Positions 38,502 through 48,303 are shown, numbered from the stretch's first letter. The stretch: 60,104 bases of DNA from a virus (IMGVR_UViG_3300042545_000094:1-60104); one strand, 5' to 3'. Notes: generated by a model from the letters alone, not told the origin. Program-made: numbers and translations.

Positions 38502-41358
38502 CGTTGCCAACAAACGCATCTACGTTAATGAAGTCTGGTACTGCGCAGTTAAACTCAAGTGCATGTACTCCCGGAGAAACAATCTTCATACCTTTTGACA
38601 TACGCTTATTGTCTGCACCAATATAAATACCCTTGGCTTTTAGGTCTTTCAGTGTATCTTTGTACGATGCTTGAGACTCCACGCAGTCCTTCTTAAACGC
38701 CTTAGCCACAATAAACAACTTCTTAGTGTCTGGCTCGTAACGGATAACCAAGTCACCCTTAGGCTCCTGCTTCGGTAGTACCTGCATGTTGGTACGCTTA
38801 TCAACCTCGTCGTCCACAATTAACATGTTCTGAATATGGCGGTTAATAAAGTCACCGATGATTGATGCTGAGTTATTAGCTGGTGGGGTTACATCTTCAC
38901 GAATACCTTTCAACATTTGCTCAGTAGCCCATAGGTAGACAGCACGCATATCGAAGTCATGAAGTCCTAAATTACGTGCAATCAATCCGCCTGTAATGTT
39001 ACAAGCAATAACCGCTGACCAAAAGCGCTCACGATTTGTTAAGTGCATTTCCTTATCAATCTTCTCTTGGATAGCACGCATGCTACTTACTACTTCTTCC
39101 AAGTTGTTCAATAAGTAACCACAGTAAATATCACCCGCATGGCCGTAGTTCTCTTGTAACTGGTGGTCAAACATCTGCTTAGCTACAGCTGGCGGGATAA
39201 TATTGCTTGGATGAATCTGATACTCTAGTAGACGCATCATCTCACCGTCCGGGCTGTTCTTGTGCACGCCTAACTTCTCATAGAAACTAGCGTTTGAACT
39301 GGCTAAGGATATGGTTTGCCAAGTAGTTGTGTTAACTCGTAATTCGTTTTTGTCAGCTCTAGACCTATTAGCACCACGACCTTGTGACATGCTATACGCC
39401 AAGGTAGAGAAGTCGGCCGGCGTAATATTAGTAATCTCATCCACAGTAAACGGCAAGTTATTCATAATGCCTAGGTGTAGCATCTTAGCAGCTAGGGTGT
39501 CTTTCCACACACCTGCTAACTTAACTGGATGTCCGTACACGCTGTTGCACATATACAACGCTGTTGATTTACCTGTGCCTGATTCTTTGTGAATCAAGTT
39601 AACGATTGCGCCGCTATGCCCAGTGAACTTAAGTAGTGGGGCGCCAAAAGCAGTAAGAGCAGCGAACGCATGAGGTTCTAAACCTGGCTGGCTATACAAG
39701 TTAAATACTTCTTTCCATTTTTCCAAGGTACCCATAGGGTGCATAACTTCAGCAAACGCCTTTGTTGCGTTTGATGGGGGGCTATGGAAGATACCATCCG
39801 TGCTAATCTCTCTGTCGCCAATAATAAATTTGCTGTCTTTATCAGCCCAACCAAATTGTGTCCTCATAAGCTCTGCTTTCTTTTTGTATTGCAATTCTTT
39901 TACAAACGTTAATAAATACGTTGCTAAGGCATCCATCTGTTTAGGGTGTGCAGCCACACCTTGGGTAGCAAGTGCCTCACGTACTCTGTCTTTTACTGCG
40001 ATGCTAGACAACGGCATCGTAAATTCTTTCACCCCATCCTGCGGTAAGTGCAACCGTAAGAAGGCTAACTCGCCTACCATCGGGTCTGGGTCGTGCATAC
40101 GCTTGACGATATACAAGTCATGCTCATATACACATATGGGGTCAGCTTCCTCTTCTCCAAGGGGCATGACGTAAATGCCACCGTTCTTCCCCCTGAAGTA
40201 TGGGTGTGGCAAGCTTGGTATCTTGTAGGCTACCGGTTCAACCGCCTCTTTCTCATTATCTCCATCTGGTAGTTGTACTTCTTCCGTATCAACAAAGTCC
40301 TCATCTTCTTCAGCCCTAACCACTTCTTTGCCAAGCACGATAGGCGATTTGATTCGTCCTTTCCAAGGGCAACCGTCACAGCCACCCGGATTATTCTTCT
40401 CGAACGTAGCGCATGTTTGAGGGAACTGTGTGTGCGCGGCTTTGCGTTCAGTATCTTCATAGTCATACCCTTCGTGTTGCTCAGAAATCTTATGGATAGC
40501 TGATTCTCTATCCACGCAAAGATTCGCAATAGATAGGGAGTTAAACCACATAGGCTCTGATACAGAATCTTGATTGTTGTACTGGTACAACAGTTGAGCA
40601 CAACCCTCACCTTTAGCACTGCGAATCATAATCTTGCTAAAGCGTGACACAGTATTAGCCATCATTGCTTTTTGTAACTCAGATAGCTCACGCTTAGGTT
40701 GCGCTACAACTTCTTTAACGCCTAGAATATCTTTAAGTGTTTGCGCTTCGTAATCGGGTGCATCTGATAATAGCTCTACTGGCTTAGGCGGAGTGTCTTT
40801 ATAGTTATTTGTTCCGGGTACTCTAAGCACACGGGCTGCTTCAAAAACACTGCTATCTACGTAAAGGTCATGGGTTAAGCACAGCTCGTTAAGTCGAGCG
40901 GCAAAAGGTTCCCATTCAGAACGCTCCATGGGTGCTGTTAAAGGCCAGTATACATGGATGCCTCGTCCCGAACTAACGATTATTGGTTTGGGTAAACCGA
41001 TTGTTTTGCAGAACTTTTGTAACTCTTGAAGTGCAGTAGCTTGGTCAATATAACCGTCTGGTCTTCCTGTCTTTGGATTTACAACAGCCTTAGTAGGGCC
41101 GCAATCCAAGTCAATCCATAGGGACTTTAAATTTAGTACGTTCTCTTTTTTGCGGAACTCTTTTTCTTTCCATTCCGCATACTTAGCTACACCAAAGTAA
41201 ACATCCCAACCTTTTCCATCATATTGTGTTACTAGCTCGTCGAACTCTTCTCGTGTTGCAACTATTTGTTGGTCTGCATAACGACCGTTTTTCAAACCCA
41301 ATATCACATACCAGCCATCGGCTGATTGCACTCTTGATAATAGGTCAACGTTTGTCAT
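38482..41358 (-). CDS. Primase-helicase (N-terminal primase, C-terminal DUF927-like helicase)
   Basis: WIDLD, SSGRGIHVYW, RVLRVPGT; Cys cluster CDGCP; Walker A SGTGKST and Walker B FTVDE. Confidence 0.85.
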   Translation of the reverse strand: MTNVDLLSRVQSADGWYVILGLKNGRYADQQIVATREEFDELVTQYDGKGWDVYFGVAKYAEWKEKEFRKKENVLNLKSLWIDLDCGPTKAVVNPKTGRPDGYIDQATALQELQKFCKTIGLPKPIIVSSGRGIHVYWPLTAPMERSEWEPFAARLNELCLTHDLYVDSSVFEAARVLRVPGTNNYKDTPPKPVELLSDAPDYEAQTLKDILGVKEVVAQPKRELSELQKAMMANTVSRFSKIMIRSAKGEGCAQLLYQYNNQDSVSEPMWFNSLSIANLCVDRESAIHKISEQHEGYDYEDTERKAAHTQFPQTCATFEKNNPGGCDGCPWKGRIKSPIVLGKEVVRAEEDEDFVDTEEVQLPDGDNEKEAVEPVAYKIPSLPHPYFRGKNGGIYVMPLGEEEADPICVYEHDLYIVKRMHDPDPMVGELAFLRLHLPQDGVKEFTMPLSSIAVKDRVREALATQGVAAHPKQMDALATYLLTFVKELQYKKKAELMRTQFGWADKDSKFIIGDREISTDGIFHSPPSNATKAFAEVMHPMGTLEKWKEVFNLYSQPGLEPHAFAALTAFGAPLLKFTGHSGAIVNLIHKESGTGKSTALYMCNSVYGHPVKLAGVWKDTLAAKMLHLGIMNNLPFTVDEITNITPADFSTLAYSMSQGRGANRSRADKNELRVNTTTWQTISLASSNASFYEKLGVHKNSPDGEMMRLLEYQIHPSNIIPPAVAKQMFDHQLQENYGHAGDIYCGYLLNNLEEVVSSMRAIQEKIDKEMHLTNRERFWSAVIACNITGGLIARNLGLHDFDMRAVYLWATEQMLKGIREDVTPPANNSASIIGDFINRHIQNMLIVDDEVDKRTNMQVLPKQEPKGDLVIRYEPDTKKLFIVAKAFKKDCVESQASYKDTLKDLKAKGIYIGADNKRMSKGMKIVSPGVHALEFNCAVPDFINVDAFVGNDADRQG

Positions 41359-41378
41359 TATTGTCTCTGTTTGGGGGC

Positions 41379-41400
41379 AAAAAAGGGGGACTGCTCCCCC
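41379..41400 (-). terminator. Rho-independent terminator
   Basis: GGGGGA-GCAG-TCCCCC-TTTTTT on the - strand. Confidence 0.7.
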
Positions 41401-41421
41401 CTGCCGTTAGGCATAGCCCGG

Positions 41422-41652
41422 TTATTTCAAGTCTTTGATAAGTTGTTTTATTGCTTCTACTGAGTCGCCCTTAGGTTCATAGGCACCTATAAACCAGTTG
41501 TACACCGTCTGACGACTAACCCCTAATGATGTTGCTACTCTTGACACAGGGATTTTTCGTTTGATGCACTTCTTTCCGAGCTTCACTCCGAGAAGGCCTT
41601 GCTCCGCCTTCTCGTTCAGCAATATAACATTTAAGCTATACCCAATGCTCAT
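41422..41652 (-). CDS. Helix-turn-helix (XRE/Cro-like) protein
   Basis: VSRVATSLGVSRQTVYNWF.G. Confidence 0.8.
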   Translation of the reverse strand: MSIGYSLNVILLNEKAEQGLLGVKLGKKCIKRKIPVSRVATSLGVSRQTVYNWFIGAYEPKGDSVEAIKQLIKDLK

Positions 41653-41654
41653 GA

Positions 41655-42551
41655 TTAGCTGTCACTCCAAGCACTGACCACATCAGCTAAGTTCTGCTTA
41701 GGTGCATTAGCAGTTGGTTCAGCTTTCTTAGATGCGCGCTTAACAGGCTCTTCCACGGCTTCAACTTCTTCCGCTTCAACTTCAACCTTAGCCGCTGGTG
41801 CAGGTGCGCTAGCAGGTAGCTTCTTAACGCCATCCTGTTGTGCCACAGTTAACTGCACTACAGACTTACATTCAGGCGTTGCTTGTGCTGCGTCAACAAC
41901 GTCAATCTCTTCATCAGTCAAATGACGCACTGGTGTGAAGTTAACCACGTCAGCAGTTTCATTCTCATCAAAAGCAATTTGTGTAACGATACGGTCAATG
42001 CTTTCACCGTTTGCTGGCAAGAACTTAAGATAGCTCTCGAACGGATGCACGTTGCCTGTACCCTTACCAAACAATGATTTAGATGGGATGTTGAATTGAT
42101 AAATCTCACCACTCATATCACCCTCGAGTAACAAAGCTACACGACGGTTGAAACGGCATGCACGACCTTTACCATTTGCGCCTGAGCCATCAATGTTCTG
42201 TGGGCATGTTGCGCATGATGCGGATTGTGGGTTAGATGCTTTAGCATCAGGTGTATCACCTAAGTTAGCCCAGCAATCAGGCAATGTTGGTTCGCCATTT
42301 GGGTCATACGGTTTAGCGTAGAACTGACGAGATACTTTTGGTAACGCATTAATAATGATTACGTTAATAGAACCTGTTACTTTACCGCCGGCTTGTTCAC
42401 CACCAACGATGCGTGAGAACTTGCCTTTGTTCATAGTAATACGACGACTGTTGTTTGTGTTCGTAGCTAATGCCTTAGCTAACTCCGACATGCCCTCAGC
42501 ACGACTACTTGTTACTGCTCCACCTTGTTTAAAAATTGAAATGTTGCTCAT
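41655..42551 (-). CDS. Probable single-stranded DNA-binding protein
   Basis: Replication cluster; C.TCPQN...G.GRAC zinc motif; Ala/Pro/Glu-rich tail ending in W. Confidence 0.55.
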   Translation of the reverse strand: MSNISIFKQGGAVTSSRAEGMSELAKALATNTNNSRRITMNKGKFSRIVGGEQAGGKVTGSINVIIINALPKVSRQFYAKPYDPNGEPTLPDCWANLGDTPDAKASNPQSASCATCPQNIDGSGANGKGRACRFNRRVALLLEGDMSGEIYQFNIPSKSLFGKGTGNVHPFESYLKFLPANGESIDRIVTQIAFDENETADVVNFTPVRHLTDEEIDVVDAAQATPECKSVVQLTVAQQDGVKKLPASAPAPAAKVEVEAEEVEAVEEPVKRASKKAEPTANAPKQNLADVVSAWSDS

Positions 42552-42958
42552 GCTTTGCTCCTTCTAACGACCACGGTGTATTTGCTATCTGCCTGTAATC
42601 CTGCTGGCAGTAGTTCTGGATTCTCCTCAAGAAACTGCTTAAGGTTGGTTTGATGCAACCTCTTCTCAAGTAGCGGGAATGCGTCATGTTCTTCGATGAA
42701 CCTGTACATAGAATCCCAATCAGTCGTCCAGTACCGTGTATCAACTTTACGAATGATTGTCCCTGCTTGTGTCTTAATACTATCGGCACCTGTTTCGTAA
42801 CAGACTTCTAACATCTCTGCCGCTAATAAATCTTGTTGTTCTTTAAGAGCGTTGTCCTGTGCCTCAAACTGTTCCTTGAGTTCAGCACGTTTGTCTCTTA
42901 TCTTGATATATGTTTCAGCCAATACATCAGCTGGCACATCATGCAAATCTTTATCCAT
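42548..42958 (-). CDS. Conserved replication-module hypothetical protein
   Basis: Coiled coil, then T.AGT, DWDSMY.FI, LLEKR; GAGGAG RBS. Confidence 0.7.
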   Translation of the reverse strand: MDKDLHDVPADVLAETYIKIRDKRAELKEQFEAQDNALKEQQDLLAAEMLEVCYETGADSIKTQAGTIIRKVDTRYWTTDWDSMYRFIEEHDAFPLLEKRLHQTNLKQFLEENPELLPAGLQADSKYTVVVRRSKA

Positions 42959-42980
42959 CTTAGCTCCTCTTCGAACTTCA

Positions 42981-43008
42981 ATAATACTACTTACTTTGAC
43001 TTTGTCAA
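42981..43008 (-). promoter_or_regulatory. Sigma70 promoter with palindrome over the -35
   Basis: TTGACA-N16-TATTAT; TTGACTTTGTCAA palindrome at 42996-43008. Confidence 0.7.
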
Positions 43009-44549
43009 GCTATATCTTCAATTTCTTTTCGATATAAGTCAATTATTTTTTCGTGGTTTGTTATGTTGTTCTGTAGCATTTTGTATAACTTATTTTCTAC
43101 ATCACTACCACTTATATGTACCACAGTCATAGGGTTCTTTTGCCCTGGTCTATTAATACGTGCATTGGCTTGCAGGTAGGTTTCAACACTAGTCACGGGA
43201 GAATACCAAATGATTACGTTAGCAGCTGTTAGTGTTAACCCGTGTGATGCAGCTTGAGGTTGTATGACTAGCACTTGCACGTTATCTGTGTCTTGGAAGT
43301 CTTGAATAATGTCGTGTCTTCTGTTGACGGGTACTGCTCCATTAATCACGCCACACGTGATGCCCTTATCTGTTAGGTATTTACGTAGTAACTCGATGGT
43401 GTGCGTGAATGGCACAAACACTAGTACTTTGTGTGACGCTTCTTCTATTACTTCTTGAATGGCTTTCAAGCGATTGCTAACGTCAAATTCAATGACCTCT
43501 CCACTATCCGTGTAGACAGCACCGCCTGAAATCTGTAGCAGCTTGTTAATGTTAGTGGCTGCGTTTACTGCCGATACACTTTCTCCAGCAGCGGAAATCA
43601 TCATCTGCTTCTTTAGTAGTCGGTAGTATTTAGTCTGTTGTGGTGACAACGGTGCATCACGTTCTACATAAGTTAAATCAGGTAAGTCTAAACACTGATT
43701 CTTCTCAAAACGGATAGCAGGTTGTAACACTTTATGCACGGTATCTTGTGCATCCTTTTTAGGTATCCAACGATAGGTACCTACCTTGTACATCACTTGG
43801 TCACGGAACTGCCCGTAGAACTTTGGTGTGTTGTCAGGGTTAATAATTTTAGCCAAGCCATAGGCATCTACTGGTGACTGTGCGGCTGGTGTGCCTGTGA
43901 GCATCCATACACCCTTGGTCTTTGATACAACTTCTTTCAGGGTCTTCCAACGGGTTGTCTGTGCGTTCTTATAAGCACTGGCTTCGTCAACTACGATTAG
44001 GTCAAAGCCACCGTTCATGATGTCGTTCTTAACAATCTCTACGCCATCAAAGTTAATGATGACGAACTCAGCACCTTGGGCAATAATCTTTTTGCGTTGC
44101 TTAGAATCACCATAGGCTACGTCGCAAGTGCGGTGAATAGCGAACTTAAACAAGTCCTGTTGCCATGCTGACTTCATGATGGATAGTGGGCAAATAACTA
44201 GTACGCGTCTAACCACACCTAAGTTCATTAGGTAGTCGGCTGCCCATATCACACTAGCGGTTTTACCCGTGCCTTGTTCGTTAAAGCAAAACGCTTTACG
44301 ATTTAATGTTAAGAACTCAGCAGTCTGCTTTTGGTGAGCAAACGGCTTGAACTTCCCAGGCCACTCGTATGCTGTGAGTATGCTATTTCTTGCTTGCGTT
44401 GCGCTTGACAGAGTGGTCTGAGTTTCTGCTGTAGGAGCGGTTGTCGCTGGCTGACTTAACCCTAAGGTTGCTCTTACTGCTTGAGCCCCCCTTGCTAAGT
44501 GGCTTAATGTGGTCGACGTCTTTACCATCCCCTTTGTGTACTTTTCCAT
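43005..44549 (-). CDS. SNF2-family (SF2) helicase; start uncertain
   Basis: EQGTGKT, VVDEAS, LTGTP, HGLTL, QANARINRPGQ. Confidence 0.9.
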   Translation of the reverse strand: MEKYTKGMVKTSTTLSHLARGAQAVRATLGLSQPATTAPTAETQTTLSSATQARNSILTAYEWPGKFKPFAHQKQTAEFLTLNRKAFCFNEQGTGKTASVIWAADYLMNLGVVRRVLVICPLSIMKSAWQQDLFKFAIHRTCDVAYGDSKQRKKIIAQGAEFVIINFDGVEIVKNDIMNGGFDLIVVDEASAYKNAQTTRWKTLKEVVSKTKGVWMLTGTPAAQSPVDAYGLAKIINPDNTPKFYGQFRDQVMYKVGTYRWIPKKDAQDTVHKVLQPAIRFEKNQCLDLPDLTYVERDAPLSPQQTKYYRLLKKQMMISAAGESVSAVNAATNINKLLQISGGAVYTDSGEVIEFDVSNRLKAIQEVIEEASHKVLVFVPFTHTIELLRKYLTDKGITCGVINGAVPVNRRHDIIQDFQDTDNVQVLVIQPQAASHGLTLTAANVIIWYSPVTSVETYLQANARINRPGQKNPMTVVHISGSDVENKLYKMLQNNITNHEKIIDLYRKEIEDIA

Positions 44550-44667
44550 CTTTCATTAGCTCCGCACGGGCTGCATTACGCTTCGCCCTTTTTTTAATTT
44601 GGTCAGGTTTGCCCTGATATTCTTCATATTCTTTTTTGTATGGTCTAGCTTTGTTTACGTATGGCAT
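44383..44667 (-). CDS. Small HNH endonuclease
   Basis: DVDHIKPLSKGG...NLRV...NRS. Confidence 0.85.
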   Translation of the reverse strand: MPYVNKARPYKKEYEEYQGKPDQIKKRAKRNAARAELMKDGKVHKGDGKDVDHIKPLSKGGSSSKSNLRVKSASDNRSYSRNSDHSVKRNASKK

Positions 44668-45031
44668 GGTTTTGCTCCGAGCGTAGTTTAGTCCCTACAT
44701 TATGACTCCCAAGGGCGTCTTTTATCAAGTGCATTCCCCATTCCGCCGCACACTCTACATGCAGTGACATAGTTACAAAATAATGCCTAAATTCTTCCTT
44801 AGGGTTAGCAACTGCGGCTAATTTAGCTATAGGGGATAAGTTGTGCTCAAACTCTTCTTTGGATATGTGCATACCGTTCCAAAATACTGCATCTTGGTGA
44901 CGTTCTATTTTGCGATTACGGCAACTAGGGTACATACATTCACATATAGTATCGTCCCCCCTATACCCATCAAACTCACCTTTTGCTTCGTCCAGCTTTT
45001 TACCCGCTGGTATGCCCTTACTGAAGCTCAT
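44645..45031 (-). CDS. Hypothetical protein
   Basis: 128-aa ORF with overlaps on both sides; C.YP.C...H.EC. Confidence 0.65.
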   Translation of the reverse strand: MSFSKGIPAGKKLDEAKGEFDGYRGDDTICECMYPSCRNRKIERHQDAVFWNGMHISKEEFEHNLSPIAKLAAVANPKEEFRHYFVTMSLHVECAAEWGMHLIKDALGSHNVGTKLRSEQNHAIRKQS

Positions 45032-45705
45032 CTTGTTTTCCTCTCACGATAATTGTGACACGTTTTAACTGGGCAATACCCACATAAAGGGCCAGACACT
45101 GCGTTCCATACACCTGTTTTAGTAGCCATATCAATACGCTCAATATCAAACTTGAAGTGCTCGATGTAAGCCGTACGGAAATCTGAACTGTGGTCTTTCT
45201 TAATAAAGTCTTTGCTGATAACAAATAGCAAGCCAGATTTAATCGTTTTGACCTGTGGGAAGTGTGTGAACAAAGCTGCCGCCACTAAATCCAACTGCTT
45301 AGTATCCGCATACTTAGCATTTTTACTAGTCTTATAGTCCACTGAATAAGCAGTATCACCGTTAATAATTACCAAGTCAGCGATGCCACGCCACCAAACA
45401 TCCTTAGCAAAGAAGTCACAAGCCACGTACTTACCATCACGGACTGCTATGCCAAGCTTTAACTCACAATGCTTCTTCCCTGGAATTTTCTTCAATGAGT
45501 CCAATAACTCCTGCATGAATGCAAACTGTGGGGGTATCGGAGTATCAGATTGGATGTAATCTTCAGCAGCTTTATGTAGCTCTTGCCCGTAGATAGTGGC
45601 TTCACTACCTTCGTCTTTAACATCCTTGGCAATCTTAAGATGGTAGTACTTCTTAGGACACTGTTGGAATGTTTTGATGCTACTGTATGACCAGCTAAAA
45701 CTCAT
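45028..45705 (-). CDS. PD-(D/E)XK (Cas4/RecB-like) exonuclease
   Basis: WSYSS...CP, G..LH, RGIADL, DYKT, QL, LCGYCP..C. Confidence 0.9.
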   Translation of the reverse strand: MSFSWSYSSIKTFQQCPKKYYHLKIAKDVKDEGSEATIYGQELHKAAEDYIQSDTPIPPQFAFMQELLDSLKKIPGKKHCELKLGIAVRDGKYVACDFFAKDVWWRGIADLVIINGDTAYSVDYKTSKNAKYADTKQLDLVAAALFTHFPQVKTIKSGLLFVISKDFIKKDHSSDFRTAYIEHFKFDIERIDMATKTGVWNAVSGPLCGYCPVKTCHNYRERKTR

Positions 45706-45863
45706 GCTCTTTTCCTTCTTGGTTTAATTGCAGCAATACCTGATTCTTCTTTTTGTTTACGTGCTTCCATCATCTCATCGGCAAATTTGTAACACTCTTC
45801 TGGGCTTTTACCTGTCAACGATGCGAACATAGCAAAGCAATCTCTCAAATCTTCGTCATTCAT
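45702..45863 (-). CDS. Small hypothetical protein (53 aa, not in ORF track)
   Basis: MNDEDLRDCFAMFA...YKFADEMMEAR; ATGA overlaps at both ends. Confidence 0.7.
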   Translation of the reverse strand: MNDEDLRDCFAMFASLTGKSPEECYKFADEMMEARKQKEESGIAAIKPRRKRA

Positions 45864-46570
45864 TTTTTCACCGCCAAGTTGTTTTGCCCAATCTCAGTTA
45901 TCTCGTAGCCCAAACCTTCTAGGTGTTCAAAGAGTGCTTTACGCTTCTCAGGGAACTTCCAAGTCCATGCTTCAAAGATAATCGGTGGGTAGTTGTTTTC
46001 ACGCAGGGTATGCTCTGCACCATGTAACACAGAAAGCTCGTGACCTTCTACATCAATCTTGATTAAACGAACCTTCTCATACTGCATCATGTCAAGAGGG
46101 ATAATTCTCATTCGCTCGCTAAAACCTTCGGACTTAACTTCGTAGTCCTTGGCACGTGTATCAAAGTCAATGCTAAAGGCCCCGATATTAGTCTCTTCTG
46201 CATAGTTTGGTAGCACGTAAGTAGTTACACGCTGCTCGTTACTTACACCCACTTGGTGCGCATGTACATTACTTAATCTGTTTAAGAAAATGTTGGCGCA
46301 TAATTGGTAATACACAATACGCTGAGGCTCAAAGGCTTCGAACTGTAAGTGTGGGTGTTGCTTGGCTAAAGGTACGACATAGCTTCCCAAATTAGCACCA
46401 ATGTCCAAAACAATGCCATCAGTATGCCCAGCCAATAGCTTAGCGGACTCAGCCTGTAGCTCCACCTCATAGCCACCAGTTCGTACATGATTACTAACAA
46501 TATCACTGTGCTTAAAAAGAGCATAGTTCAAGTCTCCGTCTGTAGCTAAATGGATTTCAGGTAGGCTCAT
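45860..46570 (-). CDS. FkbM-family methyltransferase
   Basis: LDIGANLG, AFEP, LIKIDVEGHE, PIIFE. Confidence 0.9.
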   Translation of the reverse strand: MSLPEIHLATDGDLNYALFKHSDIVSNHVRTGGYEVELQAESAKLLAGHTDGIVLDIGANLGSYVVPLAKQHPHLQFEAFEPQRIVYYQLCANIFLNRLSNVHAHQVGVSNEQRVTTYVLPNYAEETNIGAFSIDFDTRAKDYEVKSEGFSERMRIIPLDMMQYEKVRLIKIDVEGHELSVLHGAEHTLRENNYPPIIFEAWTWKFPEKRKALFEHLEGLGYEITEIGQNNLAVKK

Positions 46571-47349
46571 TTCAGATTGCCCCCTGCTTTAATGATGTCG
46601 CCACCGTAAACGTAGGTACCTACGTGCTCTAATTTAATAAATGGGTTAGCGTGAATCTTGCCACCGTTCTTCTTCCACAACTCACAGAAGTGGTAGTCCT
46701 CAGATAGCAAGCATCCTGACTCATCAATACTTGTAGCAAAATATTCTTTAACTTCAGGCTTTAGGTAGTTGCCGTCAGCATCTTTAACTGTGCTCGGTCT
46801 GTATGTTGGCACTTTATCAGCCAAATCTTCAAACACTTTACGTTTAATTAGCATGAAGCCTGTACCCCCATGACGCACTTCAACACATCCTGACTCGTCT
46901 GTGTGTAGCTCTTGACCCAATGAGTTATCAAAGTTCAATACAAAAGCACCCGAGTAGTCTTTCAACCCTGTGGTCTTGCCTAGCGATACGGCTTTCTCAA
47001 CTGCAACCCAGTCAACTTCTTTCTTTGGGTAGATACCGCAAGCAATATCTTTATCCGCAGCCATTAACTGAGCAACTGCGTTACCATCAAAGCCAATGTC
47101 AGCGTCGATAAACATCAGGTAATCAAACTTTTGTTCTAAGAAGATACGAGTAAGCTCGTTACGAGCGCGGGTAATCAACGATTCGTTACCCATCTGCACG
47201 AAATAGACTTGCACCCCAACCGATTGCATCTTGTTAATTGTTTGTAATACACCAACCATAAAGTGCCCTGTACACATACCACCATACATCGGCGTGGCAA
47301 TCATCAGGCTTGGCTTGTCTTTATTAATCTGTACTGTTTCTAAACTCAT
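46567..47349 (-). CDS. GT-A fold glycosyltransferase-like protein
   Basis: IATPMYGG, SLITRARN, DxD motif FIDADI, GTGFMLIKR, LSEDY.FC, H.G. Confidence 0.8.
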   Translation of the reverse strand: MSLETVQINKDKPSLMIATPMYGGMCTGHFMVGVLQTINKMQSVGVQVYFVQMGNESLITRARNELTRIFLEQKFDYLMFIDADIGFDGNAVAQLMAADKDIACGIYPKKEVDWVAVEKAVSLGKTTGLKDYSGAFVLNFDNSLGQELHTDESGCVEVRHGGTGFMLIKRKVFEDLADKVPTYRPSTVKDADGNYLKPEVKEYFATSIDESGCLLSEDYHFCELWKKNGGKIHANPFIKLEHVGTYVYGGDIIKAGGNLK

Positions 47350-47513
47350 TTGTAATCCCTCTCTAAGTATCTTTGCACAAGTCGTGCGAATGTTTCAAAT
47401 CGTGCTATTTCATTACGTGCGTAGTTCGTGGGGAACCCCGCTTCGTACGCCCATAACACAATCTGTTCTCTGTTAATCGTTTCTTTCTCGGTCTTTTCGT
47501 TCTCGTTGCTCAC
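47346..47513 (-). CDS. Small hypothetical protein
   Basis: GTG start; NREQIVLWAYEAGF...FARLV; ATGA overlap with the next gene. Confidence 0.5.
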   Translation of the reverse strand: MSNENEKTEKETINREQIVLWAYEAGFPTNYARNEIARFETFARLVQRYLERDYK

Positions 47514-47540
47514 GTTCTTCTCTCTGTTGTTCTTGCGGTG

Positions 47541-47729
47541 TCATAGTAAATCGGTAATATGTTTCAGTTTCTTTGCTAACTCTCTGCGGAACTTTTTGTA
47601 GGCACGTCTTTCAATGTTTTGCACTGCTGTTCGGCTAATACCTAGAGCATCCGCAACTTCTTGTTGGTTCATACCGTCGTAGTCAATTCCCTGTACTTGG
47701 TTCGTTTTCCTGCTCTTTAGGTTTGTCAT
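47541..47729 (-). CDS. Sigma70 region-4-like HTH protein
   Basis: MNQQEVADALGISRTAVQNIERRAYKK. Confidence 0.75.
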   Translation of the reverse strand: MTNLKSRKTNQVQGIDYDGMNQQEVADALGISRTAVQNIERRAYKKFRRELAKKLKHITDLL

Positions 47730-47835
47730 CCTGTTTCTTTTTAAAAATACTGTCCCAATTTGATTCAAACTTTTCACGGTCTTGTATAGGTCTTGGAACA
47801 TCACCCTTACCGCCATTACCTTGTGGTCTAAACAT
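47683..47835 (-). CDS. Small hypothetical protein
   Basis: GGKGDVPRP...FESNWDSIF; 50 aa, AGGA RBS. Confidence 0.5.
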   Translation of the reverse strand: MFRPQGNGGKGDVPRPIQDREKFESNWDSIFKKKQDDKPKEQENEPSTGN

Positions 47836-47837
47836 TG

Positions 47838-48062
47838 TTATCTTCTTCCTTTTAAAACTTTAGTTCTTGGCTCGTTCAATATAGGCAACGGCACTTCCAG
47901 CCGTTTAACATAGTTATCAGGATGGCAACACCACTTATTACCCATGGACTTAATAATCTCTTGAGACTTATCCATGTTGTACTGGGGCATCAAATCATAC
48001 ACAACCCTGTATCGACCCGCAATCATTAATTGTTTAATTAAACTTCTATCATTTTCTGTCAT
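47838..48062 (-). CDS. Hypothetical protein
   Basis: ORF track; part of a chain of overlapping small genes. Confidence 0.65.
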   Translation of the reverse strand: MTENDRSLIKQLMIAGRYRVVYDLMPQYNMDKSQEIIKSMGNKWCCHPDNYVKRLEVPLPILNEPRTKVLKGRR

Positions 48063-48303
48063 TTTTTTCTCTTATCTTCGCTTCTATCTTGTCAAACAGT
48101 TCACGGGTATAACCACCGATACCGCCTTCGTTACCATAACCACCAATGATTTCTTTAATCTCATCATCTGTTAGGTATTGCCACTGCCGTCGCTCTTCTA
48201 GCTTTCGTAATAAGATTTTTGCATGGTCAAACACACGTATGGCACGTCTACCCGTTTCTTTATTGACTTCCTCAAGCAAGTCAGCAAGTTCGTTATCAGT
48301 CAT
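48049..48303 (-). CDS. Hypothetical protein
   Basis: W..LTDDEI...IEAKIREKN. Confidence 0.7.
   Translation of the reverse strand: MTDNELADLLEEVNKETGRRAIRVFDHAKILLRKLEERRQWQYLTDDEIKEIIGGYGNEGGIGGYTRELFDKIEAKIREKNDRK

Noticed and set aside
41422-41652. HTH gene as sign of a temperate lifestyle
   Set aside because: No integrase, partition genes or divergent cI/cro switch were seen, so lifestyle cannot be called from this gene.
45028-45705. Cas4-like nuclease as evidence of CRISPR-Cas
   Set aside because: Stand-alone PD-(D/E)XK nucleases are routine in phage replication modules; no array or other cas genes.
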